A stretch of DNA of 64,000 nt, taken from Candidatus Omnitrophota bacterium. GTDB lineage: Bacteria > Omnitrophota > Gorgyraeia > 2-01-FULL-45-10. How positions within the stretch are numbered: the first letter of the stretch is position 1; each line of letters opens with the position of its first letter. The stretch spans positions 1,075 through 65,074 of the forward strand of contig CAIMPC010000016.1 in NCBI GenBank assembly GCA_903843285.1, read 5' to 3'. Shown here piece by piece: positions 55,009-64,000 of the stretch. Both the position numbers and the translations under genes were made by a program. The notes below the pieces were generated by a model, which was given only the letters and a program-made list of their open reading frames with translations, did no database searches and was not told the DNA's origin.

Positions 55009-56445
55009 TTATATACCCAACATCTGCTTAAGCGTTATCTGAACGTATGCGGCCGGATAGCTTATCCAGATGCCTCCAGCCAGCGAAAGGATCCCTAATA
55101 TTGCTACACTGGCCACCATTACGCGCGAGCCTTCGGCCTCTGAATGCGCCTTCTCTTCACCCATGAAGATCATGTTGAATAGTCTGAATAGATATATGAT
55201 CGTAAGGAATGCGCCAACGAGAAAGACCATAGCTATCCATACGTTTTGATTAAATGCGCCTGACATTACCATATATTTAGAGAAGAACCCTCCGAACGGG
55301 GGTACACCCATTACCGACAATGCACAGAACAGGAACGAGATGGCGGTTATTGGCATAGAGGCTAATAGCCCCCCCATTTTAGTAATGTCTTTAGTGCGTG
55401 TTCCGTGCTCTATTATTCCGGCACACAGAAAAAGTCCGCCTTTTGCTATGCCATGCATTAATATATATAGGAGGGCGCCCGCTATACCTATGTTACCTCC
55501 AACAGCAAGACCGAGGAATATAAAAGCTATCTGACTGATGGTCGAATACGCTATTATTCTCTTCATGTCGGTTTCGATTAATGCGGCGCCTGCAGAGATT
55601 AGCGCGCTGGCGGAGGCAATGATCGGTACGACCGTGTGCCATATAGCGGCTATTGGAAGCGTCATGACGAAAAGCCTGGCAAATACATAAACTCCTATTT
55701 TTACCAGGACGGCGGCGTGAAGCAGTGCTGTCACGGGCGATGGCGCAACGCCGGCATCGGGTAGCCACGTATGAAACGGAAGAGTTGCCGACTTCGAAAG
55801 TATCCCCAGCAGTATAAGGAGGACTATCCAGTTGGATATCGGGTTTACTCCGAAATATCCCTTTATGACGGCCAGATCGAATGATCCGGTCTCGGCATAT
55901 AGCAATATGAAGCCAAATAACATTGCCAGGGCGCCAAAGATAGTAACCATAAACGCTTTATCAGCCTTAATAACATGCTGTTTCTCCCTGAAAAAGCCTA
56001 TAAGGCGCCAGCTTGCTATAGCGGTTATCTCCCAGAATATATATAGAAGGATTAGATTTGAGGAGAAGACGAGTCCCATCATCGCGCCTATGAATAAGAC
56101 TACCATCGTATAGTATTCATTTCGATTGGGATAATGACTTATATATCCGAAAGAATACATCGTGATGATGACGCTAATAAACGATGAGACTATTGCCATG
56201 AAGACGGATAAAGGATCTGCAGTTAATACGAAGTTAAATCCGAGCGGACCGGCTAAGGCTACGGTTATCGTCTGTCCGGACAATACCGTAGGCACAAGCA
56301 TAGCCGAGGCCACAAGCGATGCTAATACGAATATTAGCGCCAGCGCGTTTCTTAAGTGCTCGGAAATCCTCCCTATAGCGGGCAGTGTGAATGCGCCCAT
56401 TACGGGCACAAAGACTGCAGCTAATAGCAGTCCACTATTATTCAT
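55009..56445 (-). CDS. antiporter-like subunit (NuoL/M/MrpD type)
   Basis: FWEI, KSATLPFHTWLPDA..APSPVTALLH motifs. Confidence 0.9.
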   Translation of the reverse strand: MNNSGLLLAAVFVPVMGAFTLPAIGRISEHLRNALALIFVLASLVASAMLVPTVLSGQTITVALAGPLGFNFVLTADPLSVFMAIVSSFISVIITMYSFGYISHYPNRNEYYTMVVLFIGAMMGLVFSSNLILLYIFWEITAIASWRLIGFFREKQHVIKADKAFMVTIFGALAMLFGFILLYAETGSFDLAVIKGYFGVNPISNWIVLLILLGILSKSATLPFHTWLPDAGVAPSPVTALLHAAVLVKIGVYVFARLFVMTLPIAAIWHTVVPIIASASALISAGAALIETDMKRIIAYSTISQIAFIFLGLAVGGNIGIAGALLYILMHGIAKGGLFLCAGIIEHGTRTKDITKMGGLLASMPITAISFLFCALSVMGVPPFGGFFSKYMVMSGAFNQNVWIAMVFLVGAFLTIIYLFRLFNMIFMGEEKAHSEAEGSRVMVASVAILGILSLAGGIWISYPAAYVQITLKQMLGI

Positions 56446-58786
56446 GACAAGCTGTGTCTGTAGTTGATGGTGCTGCCTCGGGTACTGGTCTCTTACTCTG
56501 CCATATAGCCCATATAAGCACCAGGCAGATTAAAGAGATTACAACCCACGCCTTAAAACCAAGATGATTGTATTGAACTACTATAGGCGCAATAATAACC
56601 GATACCAGATTAACTACCTTAATCATCGGATTAAGCGCAGGACCCGCAGTATCTTTAAGAGGGTCTCCGACCGTGTCACCTACGACGCCTGCCTTATGCC
56701 TCTCGGAACCCTTGCCGGTGTTAAGACAAACATCCTTAACCTCATCCTCGATTGTTTTCTTACAGTTATCCCAGGCGCCGCCTGCGTTCGACATGAATAC
56801 GGCTAAAAGCTGCCCTGAAAGTATTATTCCGGCCAGGAATCCGCCGAGGGCTTCTACCTGCAATACTGTACCTACCAATATCGGTGTTACTATGCAAATT
56901 ATAGCCAGACTTATCAGCTCTTTCTGAGCCGCTACAGTCGAAATGGCAACAGCCTGCCTATAGTCCGGCTTTACCTTACCTTCCAGCACACCCAATTTAA
57001 ACTGTCTTCTCACCTCTTCTACTATCAGCGCTGCAGCGCGGCTGACAGCCTGGATAGAGAACGCTGAGAATAACCATGGAAGCGCGCCCCCTATAAGCAT
57101 TCCTATAAATACCTGGGGCACTGAGACCCTTATACCTATCGATGATAATCTTTCCGCAAGAGGGACCCCCATTGCCATCTGAACTCTGCTCACATCGACC
57201 ATGTATGATCCAAATAGCGCTACGGCGGCTATGACAGCCGATCCTATCGCGACACCTTTAGTAATGGCTTTAGTCGTGTTCCCCACACCATCGAGATCGG
57301 CCATTATTCGTCTGGCATCGAGCGTCTCTTTGTCGGTCTGACCGTGCCATGCCATCTCGCCTATTCCATTTGCATTGTCGGCTATCGGTCCGAATGAATC
57401 CATGGCTACGTTATTGCCCGTAAGCGTTAGCATACCTATTCCCGTCATTGCTACTCCATAGAGTATATATGCTATTCTCTCAGTGCCTCCAACACCGGGC
57501 ATCGTCCCAAATATCATAATTGAACTGAATATCGTGGCCGATATCAATAATATGGACCATACCGATGATTCATAACCGACCGCTATTCCGGATAATATAG
57601 TGGTTGCGGCGCCGGTTTTTGTAGATTTTCGTATTTCTCTGACAGGCGCGCCTTCAGTTCCGGTAAAATATTCAGTGAGCCTGTCGATCATGATAGCTAA
57701 CAATACTCCGACTGCGGTAGCCAAAAATGGCCTCCACCAGCCGCCCGGCACCTTATTCATATACAGGAAGGCAAGAATACCGAATAAGACGACAGAGATC
57801 GCGGCCGACGTCAGGAACCCCTTGAATATGGCCTTCATTGCGTTTCCCTTTTTCTCGTTAGGGTCGCTTTTAACGGCATACGTACCTACGATTGAACAGA
57901 GCACGCCTATTCCGCGAACGAGTAGCGGATAGACTATCCACTCAAGCCTATGGGTTATATGGTATAACGCAAGACCTAGTATTAGCCCCGCAACGATAGT
58001 GACCTCGTATGATTCAAATATGTCAGCTGCCATTCCGGCGCAATCACCAACATTGTCACCGACCAGATCTGCTACGACTGCGGGGTTGCGCGGATCATCT
58101 TCAGGTATGTTATGCTCTACTTTTCCTACCAGATCCGCTCCTACGTCTGCGGCCTTTGTATAGATGCCTCCACCGACTCTCATAAAGAGCGCCAAAAGAG
58201 TTCCACCGAAGCCAAATCCTAACAGCGCATCCGGAGCGGCAATCCCGAATATAATAAATATTATCGTGCCGCCGAATAGGCCCAAGCCATCGGTCAGCAT
58301 ACCCGTTACGGTGCCGGCCCTATAAGCGATCCTGAGAGCATCCGCAAAAGACTTTTTTGCAGCCTGAGCCACGCGTACGTTGGCCTGAACTGCCATGCGC
58401 ATGCCAAGCTGTCCTACTAATAGGGAGAATATAGCGCCCATGATGAAGGCAAGCGCTCTGCCTATACCGATTATGAAACGGACTTGCGATTCGGACTGTC
58501 CGGCAAACCTCTGCATGGCTTCCACAGACGGAGGTACCACATAGACTGAGAGGAAGAGCGCAAACGTAAGTACACCTATAAGGGGCAGGATAGTGACTAA
58601 CTGTTTTTTTAAATATGTGTCGGCGCCCTCGCGGATCGCATTCCATACCTCTATCATCTTTGGAGAACCTTTATCCTCGGCAAGTATCTCTTTACGTAAG
58701 AAAAGCGCGTAGAGTAACCCAATGACTGATATCCCGAGAACGCCCCAAATTGCAAACTGTTCAAATACCGTAAGTCCGTAAACCAC
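56438..58786 (-). CDS. hppA: membrane ion-translocating pyrophosphatase, K+-independent H+-type
   Basis: DVGADLVGKVE, EDDPRN, GDTVGDPLKD motifs; GNTTKA (Lys marks K+-independence). Confidence 0.95.
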   Translation of the reverse strand: MVYGLTVFEQFAIWGVLGISVIGLLYALFLRKEILAEDKGSPKMIEVWNAIREGADTYLKKQLVTILPLIGVLTFALFLSVYVVPPSVEAMQRFAGQSESQVRFIIGIGRALAFIMGAIFSLLVGQLGMRMAVQANVRVAQAAKKSFADALRIAYRAGTVTGMLTDGLGLFGGTIIFIIFGIAAPDALLGFGFGGTLLALFMRVGGGIYTKAADVGADLVGKVEHNIPEDDPRNPAVVADLVGDNVGDCAGMAADIFESYEVTIVAGLILGLALYHITHRLEWIVYPLLVRGIGVLCSIVGTYAVKSDPNEKKGNAMKAIFKGFLTSAAISVVLFGILAFLYMNKVPGGWWRPFLATAVGVLLAIMIDRLTEYFTGTEGAPVREIRKSTKTGAATTILSGIAVGYESSVWSILLISATIFSSIMIFGTMPGVGGTERIAYILYGVAMTGIGMLTLTGNNVAMDSFGPIADNANGIGEMAWHGQTDKETLDARRIMADLDGVGNTTKAITKGVAIGSAVIAAVALFGSYMVDVSRVQMAMGVPLAERLSSIGIRVSVPQVFIGMLIGGALPWLFSAFSIQAVSRAAALIVEEVRRQFKLGVLEGKVKPDYRQAVAISTVAAQKELISLAIICIVTPILVGTVLQVEALGGFLAGIILSGQLLAVFMSNAGGAWDNCKKTIEDEVKDVCLNTGKGSERHKAGVVGDTVGDPLKDTAGPALNPMIKVVNLVSVIIAPIVVQYNHLGFKAWVVISLICLVLIWAIWQSKRPVPEAAPSTTDTACHE

Positions 58787-58809
58787 TTTATCCCCCCATT
58801 TTTTATAAT

Positions 58810-58855
58810 AAAAAAACAGCCCTGCCTCATTGTTGCGAGGCGGGCTTCATCGTCC
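58810..58855 (-). terminator. leader terminator/attenuator upstream of hppA
   Basis: AGCCCGCCTC-N8-GAGGCAGGGCT-GTTTTTTT lies between the promoter and the start codon. Confidence 0.7.
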
Positions 58856-58923
58856 TAATGCTTTACTTATAAACCTCATTCAACTTTAAAACAAAGACCC
58901 ATATATTTAAAGAACACTGTAAA

Positions 58924-58952
58924 ATCATAGCAAACTATTAAGGCTATTTCAA
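58924..58952 (-). promoter_or_regulatory. sigma70 promoter of energy cluster
   Basis: TTGAAA-N17-TATGAT with extended -10 TG. Confidence 0.65.
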
Positions 58953-58987
58953 TAAAAATCTTACGCCAAGATGGGAATGGGAAGATA

Positions 58988-59123
58988 CATCGTACCCCCA
59001 CCCTTCTTTGCGCTACCAGAGTCCAAGAGCGATCACCTCTTAAGGTCACCGGTGCGCAAAAAGCCGCTTTCTCCAGGGGCCCGTGAGACTCGGGTCGAGC
59101 CAATGTCCCGTACCTGAGCGATG
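58988..59123. other. GC-rich multi-stem non-coding segment, unassigned
   Basis: TTTGCGC/GCGCAAA, AAGAG/CTCTT, GGCCCG/CGGGTC and CATCG/CGATG stems. Confidence 0.4.
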
Positions 59124-59255
59124 ATGGTGAGTGATTTATGTGTGTGGCGAAGTGTGGGCGGGTGAAGGTTATTGGCGAGGGGAGATTTGGATTACGTGTT
59201 ATGACTTACTGGGGTGGCTCCGAGAGAAACGTCTAAAATACTTCTATCTTGAAGG

Positions 59256-59278
59256 GTGGCACCTGTGAGCATGGCACT
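59256..59278. repeat. 23-bp direct repeat, copy 1
   Basis: GTGGCACCTGTGAGCATGGCACT; 21/23 identical to 61840-61862. Confidence 0.85.
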
Positions 59279-59301
59279 TATTTATACAATCACGGTATTC
59301 T

Positions 59302-60159
59302 CTAATTGATCGCGACGATAATCCACGAGTGCGTATTATGCAATAAAGAGGTATTAATTTCCAAACCCAAAATATTAAAAGCACCCGGGAGTACCCCTTT
59401 TTTAGTCTCTGGGCTTACCCCTTTAGGGAGCACCATTTCATCAAAGCTTAGGTTCTGCGAAACTATTACACCGACATTGTTGGATGATAGTCGTTCATTC
59501 CATAACTTTTTATTATTCGAGTAAGGAACTAACGCATTCTCGAAAATGCAGAATTTATTAAAATTATTGGTTAAAAGAGACCTGATTTCATTATAGGAAA
59601 AACCGTGATTATCTAGCATTTCCGTATTGGGCGTTCCTATAATGATAATGCCACCTTCTTTTGTGACCCTCTTCAATTCTTTAATAGCGCAGTCTTCTTT
59701 TTGATACTCCTTGATGTGCTCTAACACTTCGCTGCATATAGTCACATCGAAATAATGACTTTCGTAGCTTTTCAAATCCGTTATGCCCTGGATGCTAAAT
59801 TCTGCATACTTACCATATCTGGCTTGCGCAAATTCTATGCTTGGCTTTGATATGTCTGCGCCATATACAAGTGCAGCATTTGATTCTTTGATAATCTGGC
59901 ATCCGTATCCTGAGCCGCATCCTATATCAGACACAACTTTGTTTTTTACAAACTGTGCAGCAAACTTATAGAATTTACAATGATTGGTAAAATTTATAAT
60001 ATCATCCTTAGTTGCTTTCTTATGTCTGCCATATTTATCAAAATTTATACCATCCGGATACACCCTGATGAAGTCCTCATAATAATAAGTGTGATTCTTC
60101 CGGCTTATGTAATGCAATATTGAATCCCGTAGCTTATTTATTACTTTCTTAATTTTCAT
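59302..60159 (-). CDS. class I SAM-dependent methyltransferase
   Basis: DIGCGSGYG, FDV..CSEVLEHI, GTPN motifs. Confidence 0.9.
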   Translation of the reverse strand: MKIKKVINKLRDSILHYISRKNHTYYYEDFIRVYPDGINFDKYGRHKKATKDDIINFTNHCKFYKFAAQFVKNKVVSDIGCGSGYGCQIIKESNAALVYGADISKPSIEFAQARYGKYAEFSIQGITDLKSYESHYFDVTICSEVLEHIKEYQKEDCAIKELKRVTKEGGIIIIGTPNTEMLDNHGFSYNEIRSLLTNNFNKFCIFENALVPYSNNKKLWNERLSSNNVGVIVSQNLSFDEMVLPKGVSPETKKGVLPGAFNILGLEINTSLLHNTHSWIIVAIN

Positions 60160-60175
60160 AACCCGCTATTCCTAC

Positions 60176-60865
60176 TTATGCTTTGTAGACTAGCAATGCC
60201 TTGCGGCGAGGACAATATCTGTTTTCGAGAAAATAGATATCCTGATATAGGCGTGAAATATTTGCTTTATCTCCGATCATTGCAAGTACCCAAAACATAA
60301 GATTGTCTAAATTGACCTCTTTGATCGTCTTGAGCGCGCTGACTTGACTACACTTTGTCAGCATAGTTCGTATATGATCGAAATCGACCAACCCGTGTTC
60401 GCAATGATCTTTTATGTAACCGCTTGTGGGCAGATACTGTAGTACCAGAGCCTCGGCACGTCTATTTTCTTCGGTATCAATAGGCGCAATGATAAATACT
60501 GCTGTCTTTGCAAGTCGTATCAACTCGTTAACGACATCGTCGCGCATAACTCGAGGAATATGTTCGAGGGTATCGATACAACAAACTATATCGAATGATC
60601 TATCGTCGAGAGGAATCTTGTGAGCACTCGCTGTAATATCGGCATCACCGGATACATTGAGCGTCGTAACGTTTTCGATACCAAACTGTTTAAGAATGTT
60701 ATTAGATTTAATCCCGCCGACATCAAGGACACTACATCCATGAATACCCAGTGCCTTTATCTCCTGCGCGATTAGATTAACGCGGTTATAGTACTCCCAG
60801 TAATGCCCCTCCGGCTTTTTCTCTTTACCGAATAATTTTCTTAACTTTTTCCTTAAGGATGCCAT
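60176..60865 (-). CDS. class I SAM-dependent methyltransferase
   Basis: VLDVGG and SFDIV..IDTLEHIP motifs. Confidence 0.85.
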   Translation of the reverse strand: MASLRKKLRKLFGKEKKPEGHYWEYYNRVNLIAQEIKALGIHGCSVLDVGGIKSNNILKQFGIENVTTLNVSGDADITASAHKIPLDDRSFDIVCCIDTLEHIPRVMRDDVVNELIRLAKTAVFIIAPIDTEENRRAEALVLQYLPTSGYIKDHCEHGLVDFDHIRTMLTKCSQVSALKTIKEVNLDNLMFWVLAMIGDKANISRLYQDIYFLENRYCPRRKALLVYKA

Positions 60866-60868
60866 ACG

Positions 60869-61906
60869 TTACCTCCAGCTCATAGGTGTTTTTATACAAG
60901 ACTCACATATTGGGGATTTTATTTTAAGGACGTCCCTGATCCTATGGTTAAGTATACTCCCCATAAAATAATTTGATCCATAGACGCCACAACAGCGCAC
61001 CAGATCTCCATTAAAACTAACCACAATAATGCTTCTTCGGTATTGACACTTATCTGCCCGTTTCGCAGTCTTCATCGCTGCCAATTCACGATTAATATCA
61101 ATGAACTGGCTGTAATGTTTTAACATTCGATCTTTTTGCTGATGAAATAGTATATTTTCTTCAACGCTTGAAATATACATTGGGAGTAGCGTAAAAGAGA
61201 GCCTATGGTTTGCGCAGAATTGCTTGACCTCGATCGCTTCATTTTTATTATAAATGAGGTCGTGAAATCCTATACCGATCTCGACATCTTTAAGATTTCG
61301 CTTACTCTTAATACGTGCAAGTTTTATAATATTTTCAAGCACGTCCTTAATGCTCCCGCCAATATGGTTTTTGGAATACGTTTCTTGTTTCATACCAGAA
61401 ATCGATACTCTGATGCGGCTAACGCCTGACTGTAGTAACTCATCCGGATTTATAAGACAGGTGAGATTGCTGCTTATACCGATTGAACCGGCTCTCCCCA
61501 TGTATTTTGGCGACCATTCCTTCTTTGCATATCTAATCATTTTTGGTAAGTCGGGGTTCAAAAGCGGCTCTCCCCAATTTCCAAATTCAAGCTCTCGGAT
61601 CCCCACCTGTTCTTTCTTAAATTTATCGATAATCTTTTTGAAAATATCGAATGACATTAAACCTTTTGCTTCATTCTTTAAACCACTCACCCCACCCCGA
61701 GGACAAAGAGCGCATCGCAAGTTACAATGCGAAACGTCCACGAGTAGTTTTAGCTCCTCACGGTGGCATAATCGTTTTAACCTATATATATGTTTCTGTA
61801 TCTTTAGCATAGATATTAAATCCATTAATATTCTGGAGTGTGGTGCCTGTGAGCATGGCACTGATTTCTGCTTACCTATAGACTTAAATAGGTAGGATTG
61901 TGTCAT
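60869..61906 (-). CDS. radical SAM protein with SPASM/twitch-like C-terminus
   Basis: CNLRCALC, WGEPLL, C..GD..RCC..C..C; true start may be 61825 or 61810. Confidence 0.85.
   Translation of the reverse strand: MTQSYLFKSIGKQKSVPCSQAPHSRILMDLISMLKIQKHIYRLKRLCHREELKLLVDVSHCNLRCALCPRGGVSGLKNEAKGLMSFDIFKKIIDKFKKEQVGIRELEFGNWGEPLLNPDLPKMIRYAKKEWSPKYMGRAGSIGISSNLTCLINPDELLQSGVSRIRVSISGMKQETYSKNHIGGSIKDVLENIIKLARIKSKRNLKDVEIGIGFHDLIYNKNEAIEVKQFCANHRLSFTLLPMYISSVEENILFHQQKDRMLKHYSQFIDINRELAAMKTAKRADKCQYRRSIIVVSFNGDLVRCCGVYGSNYFMGSILNHRIRDVLKIKSPICESCIKTPMSWR
61840..61862. repeat. 23-bp direct repeat, copy 2
   Basis: GTGGTGCCTGTGAGCATGGCACT. Confidence 0.85.
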
Positions 61907-61909
61907 TAA

Positions 61910-62854
61910 TTAAATTAGGCGAACGGTAACTTTGCCATTTTTGATATTGTAAACTACACCGTCGACAGCAACTACCTGCCCCTTATCTATTTCTCTGAGT
62001 CTTGATTCTGCGGTATCGTAACCGGCAGTGCTTCCTGGATATTTGTATTTTTTAATTACTTCATTATAAATTGCTTTTGCTTTTTCAATATCACCTTTTG
62101 CAAGATAAGTATCGCCAATAAATATTTCTGCATAACATTCTGCGATAGAAAATGGAAACTCTTTAGCCATTTTCTGGTATGTCTCAACAGCTTTATCATA
62201 ATCTTTGAATATAATCTTATACATCTTACCTATAGATTGGAATGTCTCGTTAAAAAGACGATATTCGTCGTGGTCATCCAAAATCTTCAAATCAGGTAAA
62301 TAGTCTAATATTTTCAAATATTCATCTAATTGTTTTTTATATTCTTTCTTATCGCGATAGCATGCCGCGATTGCCCTCTGAACCCTGATGACATACGCAT
62401 ACTCTTCTATTTTTATTCTTTCTCTTGAGACGCCAGCCTTTTCGGGATATTCCTTATTAAAATACTTGCGCTTAAATCCCTCGAGTTCGTTTCTATAAGC
62501 ATTTAGCGCCTTATCATATTTTTGCAGATACCAATAAGAATCTCCCAGCCCTCGCCATACATCGGCTTCCTCTACTGCTCTTGCTCCATCCATTCTGAAC
62601 AAACGCTCGTAGCTTTTTGCCGCACGCGTCCATGCTGGTTTTTTAAATATGAGCCTTGAAAATTCTCCAACAATTATGTTCGGCGCATAAAAAAATATAG
62701 CCTCTCCGGCATTTGAGGCGGCATCATATTGCTCATTAGCATATTTCTTTTGCTCGTCATAGGTCGCAAACCTTGGTGTGTATATTAAACTAACCATGAA
62801 TACGCTTATGACGGTCGCCAGAAGTGCTACTATAGTTATAAGTATTTTCTTCAT
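61910..62854 (-). CDS. exported or membrane-anchored TPR protein
   Basis: N-terminal hydrophobic signal; several G..Y...Y.KA...Y TPR repeats. Confidence 0.8.
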   Translation of the reverse strand: MKKILITIVALLATVISVFMVSLIYTPRFATYDEQKKYANEQYDAASNAGEAIFFYAPNIIVGEFSRLIFKKPAWTRAAKSYERLFRMDGARAVEEADVWRGLGDSYWYLQKYDKALNAYRNELEGFKRKYFNKEYPEKAGVSRERIKIEEYAYVIRVQRAIAACYRDKKEYKKQLDEYLKILDYLPDLKILDDHDEYRLFNETFQSIGKMYKIIFKDYDKAVETYQKMAKEFPFSIAECYAEIFIGDTYLAKGDIEKAKAIYNEVIKKYKYPGSTAGYDTAESRLREIDKGQVVAVDGVVYNIKNGKVTVRLI

Positions 62855-62865
62855 ATGATTACATT

Positions 62866-64000
62866 CTAATTGAAAATCCCATTCTCTTCAACTATTTTCA
62901 GCATCCGAGGATCTTTCCACATCGCTCCATGCGGCACTAACGTAACAACATCTTTAATTTTAGGAAATATGCTCTTCAATTCGCCTGTTACCGGCCGCGG
63001 CCCGGCTAAGTCATTTAGAACGCCGCTAATGAGCGTGCCACCGAACACCTGCGAACTGCCGATAGTAACACTGCTGGCAATCGCGGCACCTCGTGCTAAG
63101 TTTAAGGCATCTACTGGATTATAAATATTTACGATATTCGTTACATTCGCAAATGCGTAATTATTCGGATTGACAATCCCTTTGTCAATAAAATATTTAA
63201 GCGGCGAGCCCATCATATATAGGTTGCGTACTTTAATTTCTGGTCTTTCAGCCGCTAATTCCTTTAGAGCTTCATACGTTACTACGGTACCTAAGCTGTG
63301 CGCTGCTAAATCTATCGGGATACCTGATCGCTGAGATTCTTCCCATCCAGCCTTAATATCATTTTTAACTTGTTCTATTATGATTCGCCTTTTTGCAGGA
63401 TCAAATATATACTCCTCTATCCCAGAACCTTTTATTGGACTATCAGGACCCGGCTTGTTATAACTATTGGCAATAAGTTTGAAATTTTCACCTTTTATTT
63501 GTATCTTCTCTACATAGCTTGCCCAGCCATCCGGATGTTTTGTGGCACCATGCACACCAACTAGTACAAATTTTGGTGCATGTATTTCGTCTACTAGCGC
63601 CTGATACTGCGCAAGTTCATCTAAAGTGGGAATATCACCATAATCCCAGGGATTAAGCATGGAGTCAAATTTCAATGTGGCATAGGTATAAAGATTGCTC
63701 TTCTCGATATCAGTCATCGACATGGTCAAATAATCGAGCTCACTGCCATATTTCATCTGGAATTTCATATCTGATAGTATAATCGACTTTAAATATACAT
63801 CATATGCTGATGAGCCAAATATGTCTGATCCAGAAAGCCTATAATCCATATCGCTGAATTTACTCTCTAAATAATCGACAGCATTATCAAAATTATTCTT
63901 ATTCACATCTCTTTGATACGTTGGTTCCGGCGCTGCATCACCGAAGTTATCAACCGACGTAATTAAAATATCCCCATCTTTATAATAATAGTTGATATCA
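62866..64000 (-). CDS. C-terminal part of a larger protein ending in an alpha/beta-hydrolase (lipase-like) domain; 5' end is beyond the window
   Basis: VHG, AHSLG, GSPL, N.YN.VD and terminal His motifs; the frame stays open from 63906 to the window edge. Confidence 0.72.
   Translation of the reverse strand, partial: DINYYYKDGDILITSVDNFGDAAPEPTYQRDVNKNNFDNAVDYLESKFSDMDYRLSGSDIFGSSAYDVYLKSIILSDMKFQMKYGSELDYLTMSMTDIEKSNLYTYATLKFDSMLNPWDYGDIPTLDELAQYQALVDEIHAPKFVLVGVHGATKHPDGWASYVEKIQIKGENFKLIANSYNKPGPDSPIKGSGIEEYIFDPAKRRIIIEQVKNDIKAGWEESQRSGIPIDLAAHSLGTVVTYEALKELAAERPEIKVRNLYMMGSPLKYFIDKGIVNPNNYAFANVTNIVNIYNPVDALNLARGAAIASSVTIGSSQVFGGTLISGVLNDLAGPRPVTGELKSIFPKIKDVVTLVPHGAMWKDPRMLKIVEENGIFN

Noticed and set aside
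47110-56445. NADH:quinone oxidoreductase (complex I)
   Set aside because: No NuoEFG; the large subunit retains the Ni-Fe cysteines and has a dedicated maturation protease.
58842-58860. Fluoride riboswitch (GGACGATGAAG resembles GGCGATGG)
   Set aside because: The downstream pseudoknot and CTGATG elements are absent.
58876-59103. 75-aa ORF upstream of hppA
   Set aside because: TTG start, no clear RBS, and it overlaps the predicted promoter and structured region.
59209-59230. tRNA-3'-end-like att remnant (TGGCTCCGAGAG)
   Set aside because: Match too short and no T-loop sequence follows.

Overview
A 64-kb bacterial chromosomal segment, almost entirely coded on the minus strand. The gene content fits an anaerobe; Candidatus Omnitrophota/PVC-like is my inference, not verified. 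From left to right it holds a dif-like site, hypA and pit/DUF47, glgC, a PIN/antitoxin TA pair, mnmG, and an orphan structured sRNA with its own promoter and terminator. Next come a ParA-glycogen-binding (CBM48) fusion and a purine/pyrimidine cluster (purQ, purL, guaA, purF, carA, pyrG) in which carB is split into two halves around four inserted genes. These are followed by an FMN glutamate-synthase domain with NfnAB, pfkA, a Ski2-like helicase and radical SAM genes. A ~19-kb contiguous energy cluster then encodes a K+-independent H+-PPase, an 11-subunit complex-I-like group 4 [NiFe]-hydrogenase with its protease, and a complete F1Fo ATP synthase. The right end is an AT-rich accessory region: a structured non-coding segment, a 23-bp direct-repeat-bounded cassette (two methyltransferases plus a radical SAM), a TPR protein, and the lipase-like C-terminus of an ORF that runs off the window. 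No rRNA, tRNA, CRISPR array, transposase or integrase was seen. All assignments come from reading motifs by eye; no database searches were run.
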